Positions 42,388-54,964 of a DNA stretch of 60,741 nucleotides are shown piece after piece; the stretch's first letter is position 1; the number at the start of each line of letters is the position of its first letter. Position numbers and translations under genes: made by a program. A model generated the notes under the pieces. It was not told the DNA's origin and made no database searches. It saw nothing but the letters and a program-made list of their open reading frames with translations. This stretch comes from an uncultured Eubacteriaceae bacterium (lineage in GTDB: Bacteria > Bacillota > Clostridia > Lachnospirales > CAG-274): positions 1 through 60,741 of the forward strand of contig CAOJPS010000001.1 of NCBI GenBank assembly GCA_948441255.1, given 5' to 3'.

Positions 42388-42920
42388 CGGCGGGAAGGTA
42401 TGCCAACGCTCTTTTTGATTTGGCTTTGGAGTCCTCTAAACTTGATGTTTTTGAGGAGGAAATTAAACTTGTTCTTGATACTATGAAAAATGATAAGGAA
42501 TTTTTGCTTGTTTTAAATCATCCCCAGATTTCTGGCGGGGAAAAAATGAGTATTTTGGAAAATGCCTTTAAAGGCAAAGTTTCTGATGAAATTATGGGAT
42601 TGTTTTCTGTTGCTTTGAATAAAAACAGAGAAACCCAGATTATTGATATGCTTGAGATTTTTGTTAAAAAGGCAGAGGAGTATAAGGGTGTTGAAACCGC
42701 TGTTGTTACCTCCGCCAAACCTTTGAGCGAGGGTCAGATTGAGAGCATTAAAGAAAAATTATCTAAAAATTTGAATAAGCAGATTTTTATTCAGGCGGAG
42801 GTTGATGAGTCCCTTTTGGGCGGAGTTTGTGTTAAGGTTGCGGGTCATATTATTGACGGTAGCATTAAAAAACAGCTTGACGACCTCAAAAAACAGCTTT
42901 TGAATATACATCTTGCGTAG
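42375..42920 (+). CDS. atpH: F0F1 ATP synthase subunit delta
   Basis: RYANALFDLALE, LLGGVCVKVAGHIIDGSIK. Confidence 0.9.
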   Translation: MAQLAAGRYANALFDLALESSKLDVFEEEIKLVLDTMKNDKEFLLVLNHPQISGGEKMSILENAFKGKVSDEIMGLFSVALNKNRETQIIDMLEIFVKKAEEYKGVETAVVTSAKPLSEGQIESIKEKLSKNLNKQIFIQAEVDESLLGGVCVKVAGHIIDGSIKKQLDDLKKQLLNIHLA

Positions 42921-42933
42921 TAAAGGAGTGTAA

Positions 42934-44445
<1,512 letters not shown>

Positions 44446-44461
44446 ATAGAGAGGTGATATT

Positions 44462-45322
44462 ATGGCATCAATGCGTGATATTAAGCGCAGAATTAAAAGT
44501 GTCAATAGCACCCAGCAAATTACCAAAGCTATGAATCTTGTCGCGAGCTCTAAGCTTACGAGGGCAAAAAACAGGCTTATGGACACTCGTCCTTTCTTTC
44601 AGGAAACAAGAAAAGTTATCGCCGGCGTTGTTAATGGCTCTAAAGGAATTTCTCACCCGTTTTTGGAACAGAGAGAGGTTAAGAAGAAAGCTGTTATCCT
44701 TATTACAGGGGACAGGGGGCTTTGCGGAGGCTATAACGCCAATGTGAGCAAAGCGGCTATGGAATGCGTTGACGATATTAATAATGTTTCCGCCGTGACT
44801 GTCGGAAGCAAAGGAAGGGAATTCTTTAAAAGAAGGGGAGTTAATATTCTTGAGTCTTATACGGGAATTTCCGAAAACCCCAGTTATTCTGACGCTTTGA
44901 AAATTGGACAGTTGGCACTTGATTTATTTACTAAGGGAGAAGCTGACGAGGTTTATCTCGCTTATACGGAGTTTATTTCCACTCTTTCCTCAGAGCCTAA
45001 GCTTATTAAGGTTCTTCCTGTTGACGTAAATGAATTTACTGATGATAACACCGATTCGGAGCAGGCGCTTACTATTTATGAGCCTGACGAGGAGGCTGTT
45101 TTGGAATATGTTATTCCTAAATATGTTAATACCGTTATATTCGGCGCTATGGTTGAATCAGCTGTATGTGAACTCGGCGCGAGAATGACCGCTATGGATT
45201 CCGCTACAGAAAACGCTTCGGAGATGATTGACACACTTAATCTTCTCTATAACAGGGCAAGACAGGGCGCTATTACTCAGGAAATTACCGAAATTGTCGG
45301 CGGCAGCGGTATTTATGATTAA
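44462..45322 (+). CDS. atpG: F0F1 ATP synthase subunit gamma
   Basis: MASMRDIKRRIKSVNSTQQITKAMNLVASSKL, ITQEITEIVGG. Confidence 0.95.
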   Translation: MASMRDIKRRIKSVNSTQQITKAMNLVASSKLTRAKNRLMDTRPFFQETRKVIAGVVNGSKGISHPFLEQREVKKKAVILITGDRGLCGGYNANVSKAAMECVDDINNVSAVTVGSKGREFFKRRGVNILESYTGISENPSYSDALKIGQLALDLFTKGEADEVYLAYTEFISTLSSEPKLIKVLPVDVNEFTDDNTDSEQALTIYEPDEEAVLEYVIPKYVNTVIFGAMVESAVCELGARMTAMDSATENASEMIDTLNLLYNRARQGAITQEITEIVGGSGIYD

Positions 45323-45334
45323 GAAAAGGAGTGA

Positions 45335-46732
<1,398 letters not shown>

Positions 46733-46753
46733 TTAAGGTAACGGGTGATTTAT

Positions 46754-47161
46754 ATGGCAGAAAATAAAATACGATTACGTATTGTTACGCCTGTAAGGGA
46801 GCTTTATGACAAGGAAGCCGAAATGGTAATCATGCGTTCCTCAATCGGTGATATTGGTATTTTACACGGTCATCAGCCATTGACGACAACTTTGGATTAT
46901 GGTTTTTTACGTATAATTAATGGTGATGAGGAAGTTAGAGCGACTATTTTTGGAGGGTTTGCCAGCGTGGATTCCAGAGGTATTACAATTCTTTCTGACG
47001 CCGCTGAGTGGCCTGATGAAATTGATGTCCAAAGGGCTATGGCCGCTAAGGAAAGAGCTGAAAGCCGTATTAGGAGCAATGACGGAAATATTGATATTGC
47101 CAGAGCCGAGCTTGCTTTAAGGCGTGCGTTGATTAGGCTTGAAGCCAAAGAGAAAAAATAA
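46754..47161 (+). CDS. atpC: F0F1 ATP synthase subunit epsilon
   Basis: LRIVTPVRELYDKEAEMVIMRSSIGDIGILHGHQPL. Confidence 0.9.
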   Translation: MAENKIRLRIVTPVRELYDKEAEMVIMRSSIGDIGILHGHQPLTTTLDYGFLRIINGDEEVRATIFGGFASVDSRGITILSDAAEWPDEIDVQRAMAAKERAESRIRSNDGNIDIARAELALRRALIRLEAKEKK

Positions 47162-47191
47162 TTTACAAACGAAAGTCTTTACGTTCGTGAA

Positions 47192-47226
47192 AAAAATCTT
47201 CGGAAAAATTTTTCCGAAGATTTTTT
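47192..47226. terminator. Bidirectional terminator between atpC and the cohesin gene (AAAAATCTTCGG-n10-CCGAAGATTTTT)
   Basis: Read directly. Confidence 0.85.
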
Positions 47227-47250
47227 GCTGTATTTAAGGCTTTTATATTT

Positions 47251-47967
47251 TTACTGTTCAATGGTAATTCTTGCTCCCTGACTATATATAGGAACATTTT
47301 TAAAATTGGAATCGCGAATCATATAAAATTCCCTGTTTATAAATCCAGGTTCGATACGTATGGCAGCTTTGCCTGCCTTTACTGCTTTAAATTTTGCTCG
47401 GAATAATGTGCCGTCGCTGTTGACAATTTCGGATGTGACCTTTCCTTTAAATTCAAAGCCGTTTATTTTTTTGTTTTTAATTGATTTGCTAATTCCGTCA
47501 TTGACCAGTTTCGCGTCAATGAGCGGTATTCTTTTTTCGGAATTTTTGAGCAAAACCTCGGCGGCTGAATTCATTTCTTCTTCATCGCCTTTGACTGGAA
47601 TTATAGGGTAAGTAACTTGTGAATAAGAATCAAGGTCTAAATATGATACTTCAAAAGAATAGTCTTTAAATCCGGGATTGTTTGATATAACAAAATCTAC
47701 GTAAAATTCCTCTCCAACTTTTACAGAGTTTTTTGATGGTATTACTTTTATACAAGGCGCATCCTCAGGAAGCTCTGAAACACACATTCCTTCAAATCCG
47801 GAAGTAAGTTCCTGGTATTGCATTACTTCGGTTATTTCGATTTTTTTGCTGTTTCCAGCAGAATCAGTTATTGTTATTTCTTCCGCAAAATAAACGCCTG
47901 AATTAAGTGCTGTGACCGCGGTTATAAGTCCAATGCCCACTGCCTTTTTTATATTCATAAAAATCAC
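47251..47967 (-). CDS. Secreted single-cohesin-domain protein
   Basis: It has a signal peptide. KVIPSKNSVKVGEEFYVDFVISNNPGFKDYSFEVSY...GTLFRAKFKAVKAGKAAIRIE follows the cohesin pattern. I see no dockerin, SLH or sortase signal. Confidence 0.6.
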   Translation of the reverse strand: MIFMNIKKAVGIGLITAVTALNSGVYFAEEITITDSAGNSKKIEITEVMQYQELTSGFEGMCVSELPEDAPCIKVIPSKNSVKVGEEFYVDFVISNNPGFKDYSFEVSYLDLDSYSQVTYPIIPVKGDEEEMNSAAEVLLKNSEKRIPLIDAKLVNDGISKSIKNKKINGFEFKGKVTSEIVNSDGTLFRAKFKAVKAGKAAIRIEPGFINREFYMIRDSNFKNVPIYSQGARITIEQ

Positions 47968-48060
47968 TCCTTTTTTATAATATCGTTCTTTAGAAAATAC
48001 TGTATAAAGTATAATAAGAATAGTTTTTAAATTTAAAACTTAGTATAATTATCTTTTAAT

Positions 48061-48239
48061 TTAAGGAAATACCGCATAATTAAAAAATAAAAATAATTTT
48101 AGCGATAGCGGCAAAAAAATTTGAATGAAAGTGTTATTTTTTCAAGGAAAAAATGACACGAAACGAGAAAGCGTTCTCGTTCAAATGAAACTTTTTTTGT
48201 AAAATTATTTTTATTTCCTTTTGTGCGGTGTTTCCTTAA
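48061..48239. repeat. Family-E element, long form (179 bp)
   Basis: TTAAGGAAATACCGCATAATT ... TTGTGCGGTGTTTCCTTAA termini, with an insert related to the interior of 60561-60706. Confidence 0.8.
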
Positions 48240-48414
48240 GAAATATTGACTAAAAACGCGCGTTAAAAATCATAATTTCTTATAAATTAATTATAATTCA
48301 TTGTTATATAAAAAACAATAGTTATGTTATTTTTGTAAAATTTATGTAATATAGCTGTAAAAAAAAGGTATACTATAATTTTAAAAAAATAAATGGATTA
48401 AGCTGGAATTTATA

Positions 48415-48472
48415 TAGAAAAACACCGCACAAAGGATATAAAAAATAATTTTTTAATTTGTCGGTGTTTCTA
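48415..48472. repeat. Family-E palindromic unit
   Basis: TAGAAAAACACCGCACAAAGGATATAAAAAATAATTTTTTAATTTGTCGGTGTTTCTA. Confidence 0.75.
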
Positions 48473-48579
48473 TAAATAAAAACTTGGGGTTGTTATTATT
48501 GGGATTATAGTATATAATATAATTATAACAATTCTATGTAATATTGAGTATTTTATTTTTATGTAAAGGATTGGAATTT

Positions 48580-49113
48580 ATGCTTGAATCTTCTGTTGAA
48601 AAACTTGCGGAAAGCAAATTGACTATATTATATCTTCTTAATAAAATGGATATGCCTATGTCTAAGGGACAGATTTGCCAGTTTGCCCTTGAGGCTAATT
48701 ATATTGAGTATTTTTCTTTGCAGGGATATATTTCTGAAATGGTGGAGAGAAATTTACTTAGAGAAATCAGAGAGTCTGAAAAATTGATTTATATTAATAC
48801 TATTGAGGGGGAAAAAATGCTTTCTCTTTTTATACATAGAATTCCTAAAGATATTAAGGAAAAAGTTAGTCAATATGTTGAAAAGATGAGAAGCAAAGTT
48901 AAAAAGGAACTGGAAACAAAAGCGGTTTATTCGCATACGGGAGAAAATAATTATACTGTAGACTGTGGAATTTATGAAAATAAAAGAACCCTTATTGAGA
49001 TTAAAATAAATGTTGTTTCTAAAGAACAAGCGGTTTTAGCCTGCAAAAATTGGAAGAACAAAACCGATTCGGTATATTTGGATATTGTCACAAGCCTTTT
49101 GCGTAAAAGTTGA
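48580..49113 (+). CDS. DUF4364-family putative transcriptional regulator (PadR-like wHTH)
   Basis: KLTILYLLNKMDMPMSKGQICQFALEANYIEYFSLQGYISEMVERNLL. Confidence 0.6.
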   Translation: MLESSVEKLAESKLTILYLLNKMDMPMSKGQICQFALEANYIEYFSLQGYISEMVERNLLREIRESEKLIYINTIEGEKMLSLFIHRIPKDIKEKVSQYVEKMRSKVKKELETKAVYSHTGENNYTVDCGIYENKRTLIEIKINVVSKEQAVLACKNWKNKTDSVYLDIVTSLLRKS

Positions 49114-49151
49114 TTGTAAATTATTATTTCTTAGTTCAATCAACTTTTTTT
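49109..49151 (+). terminator. Terminator GTTGATTG-n20-CAATCAAC-T7
   Basis: Read directly. It overlaps the stop codon of the DUF4364 gene. Confidence 0.55.
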
Positions 49152-49153
49152 AT

Positions 49154-49228
49154 TATACTTCTTTCGAAACTTCATATCTATACTAATATCGACCCAAGAA
49201 AATATTTTATAGTTTCGAAAGAAGTCTA
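49154..49228. mobile_element. Family-A MITE-like element, short degenerate form (75 bp)
   Basis: TATACTTCTTTCGAAAC ... GTTTCGAAAGAAGTCTA. Confidence 0.7.
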
Positions 49229-49231
49229 TTG

Positions 49232-49918
49232 CTAAAACAGATTAAAAGGGAATATATTATTTGGATTTATTGTGTATTTTTCTAGGGAGTTTGATGTGGG
49301 ATTTATAAATTCTATTGAATTTGAAAAAAGCGCTGTTTTTGTGAATTTATTTTTATATTTTCCTTTTATTCCAAAGTTTGGGTTGTATTTTGTGTCGCCA
49401 AATATTGGCAGACCTATATTTGAAAGCTGAAGCCGTATTTGGTGGTGACGGCCTGTTTTTAAGTTTATTTTTAAAAGGCTTAAAATGCCGTATTCTTCTG
49501 AAGAACAAGTTTTTATAAGACTGTATGAGAGTTCGGCGTATTTTGAGTTTTTTGTGTTTTTATTTACTATTTTTGAAATGTTCAATCTTTCATTTTTTAT
49601 TATGTAATCTGTTAAAGTATCTTCTTTTTTTTCGGGGATTCCGCATACGACAGCAAGATATGTCTTTTTGAAAGTCTTATTTCGCAGTTGTTCTGAAATA
49701 AAATTACAAGATTTTTTGTTTTTGGCAAAAACCATTATTCCTCCTACAGGTCTGTCTAGACGATGAATTAAAAACGTTTGTGAGTTTGTATGTGAGCTTA
49801 TGATACTCAAAAGATTATTATCCGCTGTTTTATCACTTTGGACAGGCATACCTTGAGGTTTTTCGACTATTATTATATTTTTATCAGTAAATATTATATT
49901 TATATTTTCATTAGTCAT
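49232..49918 (-). CDS. RluA-family pseudouridine synthase
   Basis: IIVEKPQGMPVQ, HRLDRPVGGIMVFAK. Confidence 0.85.
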   Translation of the reverse strand: MTNENINIIFTDKNIIIVEKPQGMPVQSDKTADNNLLSIISSHTNSQTFLIHRLDRPVGGIMVFAKNKKSCNFISEQLRNKTFKKTYLAVVCGIPEKKEDTLTDYIIKNERLNISKIVNKNTKNSKYAELSYSLIKTCSSEEYGILSLLKINLKTGRHHQIRLQLSNIGLPIFGDTKYNPNFGIKGKYKNKFTKTALFSNSIEFINPTSNSLEKYTINPNNIFPFNLF

Positions 49919-50558
49919 TTTTTTTCTCCATTTGTTTCTGTTTTTCTCTCGCTGTTTTTGAAAATATACAGCCGCAGTAATCTTGGCGGTATAGGCTATA
50001 TTCTTTTGAAAGTTCTATTGAACGTTTATATCCGTTTTTCTTTTTAAAATCGGAGTAAAGATATTTTATTCCGTATTTTTCTGAAAGTTCTTTGCCGATT
50101 TTATTTAATTTCTCTGAGTTTTTATAGGGACTTACTGAAAGGGTCGTTGAGAAGTAATCGAATTGTTTTGTTTTTGCCACAGCCGCTGTTTTTTCAAGAC
50201 GTAGTTTGTAGCATATGGAACAGCGTTCTCCTCCCTCAGGTAAATTTTCAAGGCCTTTTGTGAGCGAAAAAAATGGAGTATTGTCATAAACAGCTTCTAT
50301 TATATCAATATTTGAAGGCAAAGGCATTTCTTTGATAAGTCTTTTTTGCTCTGCCGCTCTTTTTTCAAATTCTTCTTTTGGCGATATATTTGGATTATAG
50401 TAGTAGATGGTTATTTTGAAAAATTTGGAAAGATATTCAAGAACATAGCTGCTGCAGGGAGCGCAGCAGCTATGAAGCAAAAGCTTGGGCTGTTCATTTC
50501 TTTCTTTTAAATTTTTGAGAGTTAAGGCAAGTTCTTTATCATAATTTATTTTGTTCAT
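49911..50558 (-). CDS. queH: Epoxyqueuosine reductase QueH
   Basis: LLLHSCCAPCSSYVLEYL, CSICYKLRL, RQDYCGC. Confidence 0.85.
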   Translation of the reverse strand: MNKINYDKELALTLKNLKERNEQPKLLLHSCCAPCSSYVLEYLSKFFKITIYYYNPNISPKEEFEKRAAEQKRLIKEMPLPSNIDIIEAVYDNTPFFSLTKGLENLPEGGERCSICYKLRLEKTAAVAKTKQFDYFSTTLSVSPYKNSEKLNKIGKELSEKYGIKYLYSDFKKKNGYKRSIELSKEYSLYRQDYCGCIFSKTAREKQKQMEKKND

Positions 50559-50571
50559 TATATACCTCTGT

Positions 50572-51168
50572 CTATGAAAGAAGTTCCTTTGTTTCTTCCG
50601 GTGTTAATGATGTGAAATGTTCGTCAGTGTTGTTTCTGATATCCGTTTCATCAATGGTTTCTGGTATTTCTGTTTGTTCGGAAATTTCGGAATCTTTTCG
50701 TCTGTATCGGTTTTCTCGATGTTGTTTTTTCTCTACAGTTATTACATTTTCGTGATTTGAAATATCATCTATGGCTTGTTCTATTTCTGTTAATTTATCA
50801 AATACTTTATCAGTATCGGAAGTTACTAAAGGATTGAGATATTTCTCAGTTAAAAATTCATAGTCTTTTCTGAAATTATTTATAAGATTTTTCTGATTGG
50901 CGATATTCAGTTTTAAATATTTTATTTGATTTATTGTTGCCTGTTTTAATTCAGCCGCTTCTTTTTTTGCCTGTGAAAGAATTTTCTCGGTTTCAGAATG
51001 GGCGGCTTTTATTATATTATCGGCGGCAATCTGAGCGTTTATTATAGCCTTGTTTATTGTGGATGATTTTTCTTTATATTCGTTAAGCCGGTTTTCAAGT
51101 TCTTCAATATAATTGTCAACTTCTTCAGGGTTGTATCCTTTTCTTACTATTTGAAAATCATAAGACAT
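50572..51168 (-). CDS. DivIVA domain-containing protein
   Basis: FQIVRKGYNPEEVDNYIEEL followed by a coiled coil. Confidence 0.75.
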   Translation of the reverse strand: MSYDFQIVRKGYNPEEVDNYIEELENRLNEYKEKSSTINKAIINAQIAADNIIKAAHSETEKILSQAKKEAAELKQATINQIKYLKLNIANQKNLINNFRKDYEFLTEKYLNPLVTSDTDKVFDKLTEIEQAIDDISNHENVITVEKKQHRENRYRRKDSEISEQTEIPETIDETDIRNNTDEHFTSLTPEETKELLS

Positions 51169-51303
51169 TTTTTTTGCTCCTTTTTGGCAAAGTTCTAAAT
51201 TTATTTACAGAGAAACACAAAATTGATTGACTATAATCACATTTATGATATCATTAAATTTTAAATGTTTCAAGTGGTTTGTTAATTTATTTTTAGTATT
51301 TTT

Positions 51304-51780
51304 TTATGTATAAATTCCTTTTTTTCCTGTCATATGTTCAATGGAAAATTCCATCATACACAGACGATTCCATTCTTTTTCTATTTCTGTTTGACGTCCG
51401 ATTTCACTGTCGTTTGGATTATATTTTACCGCAAGCAGCTCTATTGCTTTTCTGATTTCATCTTCATTTTCCATAATGTGAATTTTGCCGAAAGCTATTA
51501 CGCTTTTATAGCTGGTTGTGTATTTTTCTGGAATTATAAGGTCTTGGCTTATGACACAAAAAGAAGCTTTATTATTTTTCTTTATAGCGTCTATTTTATG
51601 TCCTGTTTTTGCTCCGTGAAAGTATAATTTGGAGTTATAATATATGTAACTTAGAGGAACCGCGTAAGGATAATCGTTATCTCCCGATAAAGCTAATACT
51701 CCGGAGGTTTCTTTTTTTAAAATTTCAATACTTTCCTCTGATGTTAAAATTTGTTTTTTTCTTCTCATTTCTCTAAACAT
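51304..51780 (-). CDS. Pyridoxamine 5'-phosphate oxidase family (FMN-binding split-barrel) protein
   Basis: MFREMRRKKQILTSEESIEILKKETSGVLAL..YPYAVPLSYIY..KLYFHGAKTGHKIDAI. ATG at 51780 follows AGGAGG. Confidence 0.75.
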   Translation of the reverse strand: MFREMRRKKQILTSEESIEILKKETSGVLALSGDNDYPYAVPLSYIYYNSKLYFHGAKTGHKIDAIKKNNKASFCVISQDLIIPEKYTTSYKSVIAFGKIHIMENEDEIRKAIELLAVKYNPNDSEIGRQTEIEKEWNRLCMMEFSIEHMTGKKGIYT

Positions 51781-51945
51781 ATTATTACCTCCTTTCATAA
51801 TATTACATTTATCGACATTCATATGTGTATATTTTACACTTTATGTTATATATTTGTCAATATATTATAAAAGATGATTATAAGCAATAAACTTGTGAAA
51901 TTATAATTGTGCGGTATTGCCTTAAAATTTATTTTATAAAAATAC

Positions 51946-51974
51946 TTGACAAAGATTTCAAGGTGTGGTATTAT
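51946..51974 (+). promoter_or_regulatory. infC-rpmI-rplT promoter (TTGACA-17 nt-TATTAT)
   Basis: Hexamers and spacing were counted directly. Confidence 0.65.
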
Positions 51975-51981
51975 TTCTAAA

Positions 51982-52110
51982 GTAAAGAAGAAGCTTATTT
52001 CTCACCTTACGGCAAACGCTTTGAGGTTATTTATTTTGCTCACAGTCGGGGGTTTTCTCGATTGATGTGTCAATTTATCGGAAATTAAGCGGCGTATGCC
52101 GTTTTTTTAT
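51982..52110 (+). promoter_or_regulatory. L20-leader-type 5' leader of the infC operon, ending in a short hairpin plus T7
   Basis: Its position matches the Firmicutes L20 leader. AAGCGGC-GTAT-GCCGTTT followed by a T-run lies at 52087-52107. The structure was not modelled. Confidence 0.45.
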
Positions 52111-52128
52111 TTATAGGAGGTGCTCGCA

Positions 52129-52635
52129 ATTACTGAGTTAATGATTAATGAACAAATTAGGGATAAGGAAATCCGTTTGATAGGTGATAAGGGAGAACAA
52201 ATTGGTATTCTCTCGGCTAGAGAGGCTCAGAAAATAGCTGATGAAAAACGTCTTGACCTTGTTAAAATTTCACCTACCGCAAAGCCGCCCGTTTGTAAGA
52301 TTATGGATTACAGCAAATATAAATTTGACCTTGCGAAAAAAGAAAAAGAAGCACGGAAGAAACAAAAAGTGATTTCAATAAAAGAATTGCGTCTATCCCC
52401 GAATATTGACACACATGATGTTGAGGTAAAAGTCAAGAAAGCGATAGGGTTTCTTAAAGATGGGAATAAAGTTAAAATAAGTATACGTTTCCGCGGACGA
52501 GAACTTGCGAGAACTGATAGCGCTGTTGAAATGATGAAAGATTTTGCTGAAAAGGTTTCGGAGGTTGGTTCGGTTGAAAAGCCGCCTAAAATGGAAGCTC
52601 GTACAATGGCAATGTTTCTTACGCCAAAGGCTTGA
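52129..52635 (+). CDS. infC: Translation initiation factor IF-3, probable ATT start
   Basis: INEQIRDKEIRLIGDKGEQIGI... AGGAGG at 52115-52120 overlaps the GTG used by the ORF track. The in-frame ATT at 52129 lies 8 nt downstream. Confidence 0.9.
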   Translation: MTELMINEQIRDKEIRLIGDKGEQIGILSAREAQKIADEKRLDLVKISPTAKPPVCKIMDYSKYKFDLAKKEKEARKKQKVISIKELRLSPNIDTHDVEVKVKKAIGFLKDGNKVKISIRFRGRELARTDSAVEMMKDFAEKVSEVGSVEKPPKMEARTMAMFLTPKA

Positions 52636-52733
52636 TTATGGCGAAACAATAAAAAATGAACAAGTGAGAAATTCGTTATTATTTTGCGCTAAAAATTTTG
52701 TGGTTTGTTTATAAATCTAAGGAGGAAATGAAA

Positions 52734-52931
52734 ATGCCTAAATTGAAAACAAAAAAAGCTGTAGCGAAACGTGTCAGCGTTACAGGAACTGGAAAGTTAA
52801 AAAAGACTAAAGCTAATAAACAGCATATATTGACAAAAAAGAGTCCTAAAAGAAAAAGAGATTTGAGAAAATCTGACCTTGTTGATTCAACTAATTTAAA
52901 ACAAATGAAGAGAGTATTACCATACATCTAA
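52734..52931 (+). CDS. rpmI: 50S ribosomal protein L35
   Basis: [27 protein letters not shown] 8 nt after AAGGAGG. Confidence 0.95.
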   Translation: MPKLKTKKAVAKRVSVTGTGKLKKTKANKQHILTKKSPKRKRDLRKSDLVDSTNLKQMKRVLPYI

Positions 52932-52953
52932 TTAATTAAGGAGGACTTTTAAA

Positions 52954-53307
52954 ATGGCTAGAGTAAAAGGCGCTTTAAACGCGCGTAAAAGACATAAAAA
53001 GGTTTTGAAAATGGCTAAAGGCTTTAGAGGAGCAAGAAGCAAGCAATATAGAGTGGCTAAACAGTCTGTTATGAAAGCTATGGCTCACGCTTTTGCCGGC
53101 AGAAAGCAGACAAAAAGAGAATATAGACGACTTTGGATTGTTAGAATTAATGCCGCTGCTAGAATTAATGGCTTATCATATAGTAAATTTATGAATGGGC
53201 TTAAAGTCGCTGGAATTAACATCAATAGAAAAATGCTTGCGGAGTTGGCTGTAAATGACGCTAACGCTTTCTCTAAACTTGTTGATACAGCTAAAGCTAA
53301 TATTTAA
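52954..53307 (+). CDS. rplT: 50S ribosomal protein L20
   Basis: [27 protein letters not shown]. Confidence 0.97.
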   Translation: MARVKGALNARKRHKKVLKMAKGFRGARSKQYRVAKQSVMKAMAHAFAGRKQTKREYRRLWIVRINAAARINGLSYSKFMNGLKVAGININRKMLAELAVNDANAFSKLVDTAKANI

Positions 53308-53324
53308 TTATGATAATAGAAAAG

Positions 53325-53357
53325 AAACACGCCAGATTTTTAATCTGGCGTGTTTTT
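53325..53357. terminator. Bidirectional terminator AAACACGCCAGATT-n3-AATCTGGCGTGTTT
   Basis: A 14-bp stem read directly, between rplT and the convergent anti-sigma gene. Confidence 0.85.
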
Positions 53358-53366
53358 GTGAGATGG

Positions 53367-54227
53367 TTATTCCAAATTTAAACTGTCAAGTATATTGTTC
53401 ATTTCACTTTCGGAAAAACCGAAGAATGAAAACGCGTATTTATAGTTGTCTTTTGAGATGCTGTAGATGTAGGCAGTTTTTTCTTTTGTTTCATCGCTTT
53501 CTTTAAATGTGCTGAATTTATAGCCTTTGGCTGTTGTATATTCTCCTAATGTGCCTTCGTCTATATCGCTTATTGTAGCTGATGTTACGTCTTCGTTAAA
53601 ATCGTATTTAACTGCTGTGATTCCAAAAGCTTTTTTTTCTGGATTTCCATAGGTTGCCCAGACTTCAGTTTTGGAGCTGTCTGTTCCGAAATCCATTTTT
53701 TCGCCAAAAATGTTAGATAACTCTAAGTTTGGCATAATCTCTGGAAGAGGGATATTTATATTGAAGCTTTCTTTCGCTTCGTCTATGGAATTAAACGAAA
53801 TTTTTTCGCCGATTTCCGCTTTTGCTTTAGAAAGTGGATTTTCTTCGGATTTTTCGAGAATATTATCTAATGTGCTTTTATCAATTTCCTGATTTGAGGT
53901 AATTGTGTAGAATTTATCCCCTTTTGAAAAACTGTAGTGATTTAAGAGAATAGCACCGCTTATGCTTACTGTCGCTATTGAGGCTATAGCTGCCGCTATT
54001 GCCGCTGTTTTGGTAAATTTGAGTTTTCTTTTCATAGTTATATCGTCCTTTCTGTTTTTATTTTTGATGTCCTCCGCAAATTTAAAAGGATTTTCCGGTT
54101 TGATAAAATTATTTTTATCTATCGGGAGTTTATCCAACAGAATATCAATACTTTCAATATCACCGTCGTCTATTGCCTTTTCAATTTCCATACGAAGTTT
54201 TATGAGGTTTTTATTGTTTTTTTCCAT
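53367..54227 (-). CDS. Putative anti-sigma factor (single-pass membrane protein)
   Basis: It lies downstream of the ECF sigma gene. It has a cytoplasmic N-terminus, one TM segment (TAAIAAAIASIATVSISGAILL) and an extracytoplasmic domain. Confidence 0.5.
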   Translation of the reverse strand: MEKNNKNLIKLRMEIEKAIDDGDIESIDILLDKLPIDKNNFIKPENPFKFAEDIKNKNRKDDITMKRKLKFTKTAAIAAAIASIATVSISGAILLNHYSFSKGDKFYTITSNQEIDKSTLDNILEKSEENPLSKAKAEIGEKISFNSIDEAKESFNINIPLPEIMPNLELSNIFGEKMDFGTDSSKTEVWATYGNPEKKAFGITAVKYDFNEDVTSATISDIDEGTLGEYTTAKGYKFSTFKESDETKEKTAYIYSISKDNYKYAFSFFGFSESEMNNILDSLNLE

Positions 54228-54323
54228 TTTAAAGACCCCCTCGCGGTAAAATTAATCGATTAATGTTTACAATTATATATGTAATATTTTCTTGATTGTA
54301 ACTTATAATTTATCGGTATTTTC

Positions 54324-54866
54324 TTAATAAAAATTTTCTTCGGCAAACTCCTGTACCAACGCTTTTATCTCTTTTCTTAGCCTTACATAGCGCATTCTTA
54401 CGGCTGAATAGCTTATTCCAAGTTCTTTTGCTATTTCTTCCATAGTTTTGTTTTTTATATAGTACATAATGTATAATTTTTTTTTATCTTCAGTGAGCAT
54501 ATCTATAATGTCTGATATAAAGTCAAACTCATTTATTTTCTTATCTATTGTATCTAATATATCATAGGTATTGTCAGCGATATATGAGATGTTGTCGTTG
54601 TTGATTTCTGTTATAAGTTTATTATAAAGCTCTCTTTTATGTTTTTTTACTAAGTTTTTTGCCGTTTGAAAAATAAATCCTCCGATATTTGGATGACTTA
54701 AAATACAGCTGGATTTTTCATAAACAATCAGAAAAACTTCCTGAGTTATGTCACGCGCGGAAGTTTCATCTTTTATGCTGAAATATATGTATTTTAACAC
54801 TTTTTCATAATATTTACGGCATAATTCATCAAAAAATAAATCGAAATTTTTTTTCAATAAAATCAC
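54324..54866 (-). CDS. ECF-type sigma-70 family RNA polymerase sigma factor
   Basis: Region 2 is DITQEVFLIVYEK; region 4 is MEEIAKELGISYSAVRMRYVRLRKEI. Confidence 0.8.
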   Translation of the reverse strand: MILLKKNFDLFFDELCRKYYEKVLKYIYFSIKDETSARDITQEVFLIVYEKSSCILSHPNIGGFIFQTAKNLVKKHKRELYNKLITEINNDNISYIADNTYDILDTIDKKINEFDFISDIIDMLTEDKKKLYIMYYIKNKTMEEIAKELGISYSAVRMRYVRLRKEIKALVQEFAEENFY

Positions 54867-54964
54867 CCCTACTTATATATGTAGGATTTTATTAAATGTA
54901 ACAAAATTACGCACTAAAAAAAGCGCTTCAATTTTTATGAGAACGCTTTTTTTAGGATATTTTT

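Noticed and set aside
52120-52122. GTG was considered as the infC start, as in the ORF track.
   Set aside because: It overlaps the AGGAGG Shine-Dalgarno sequence itself. The ATT at 52129 fits the spacing and the known IF-3 autoregulation.
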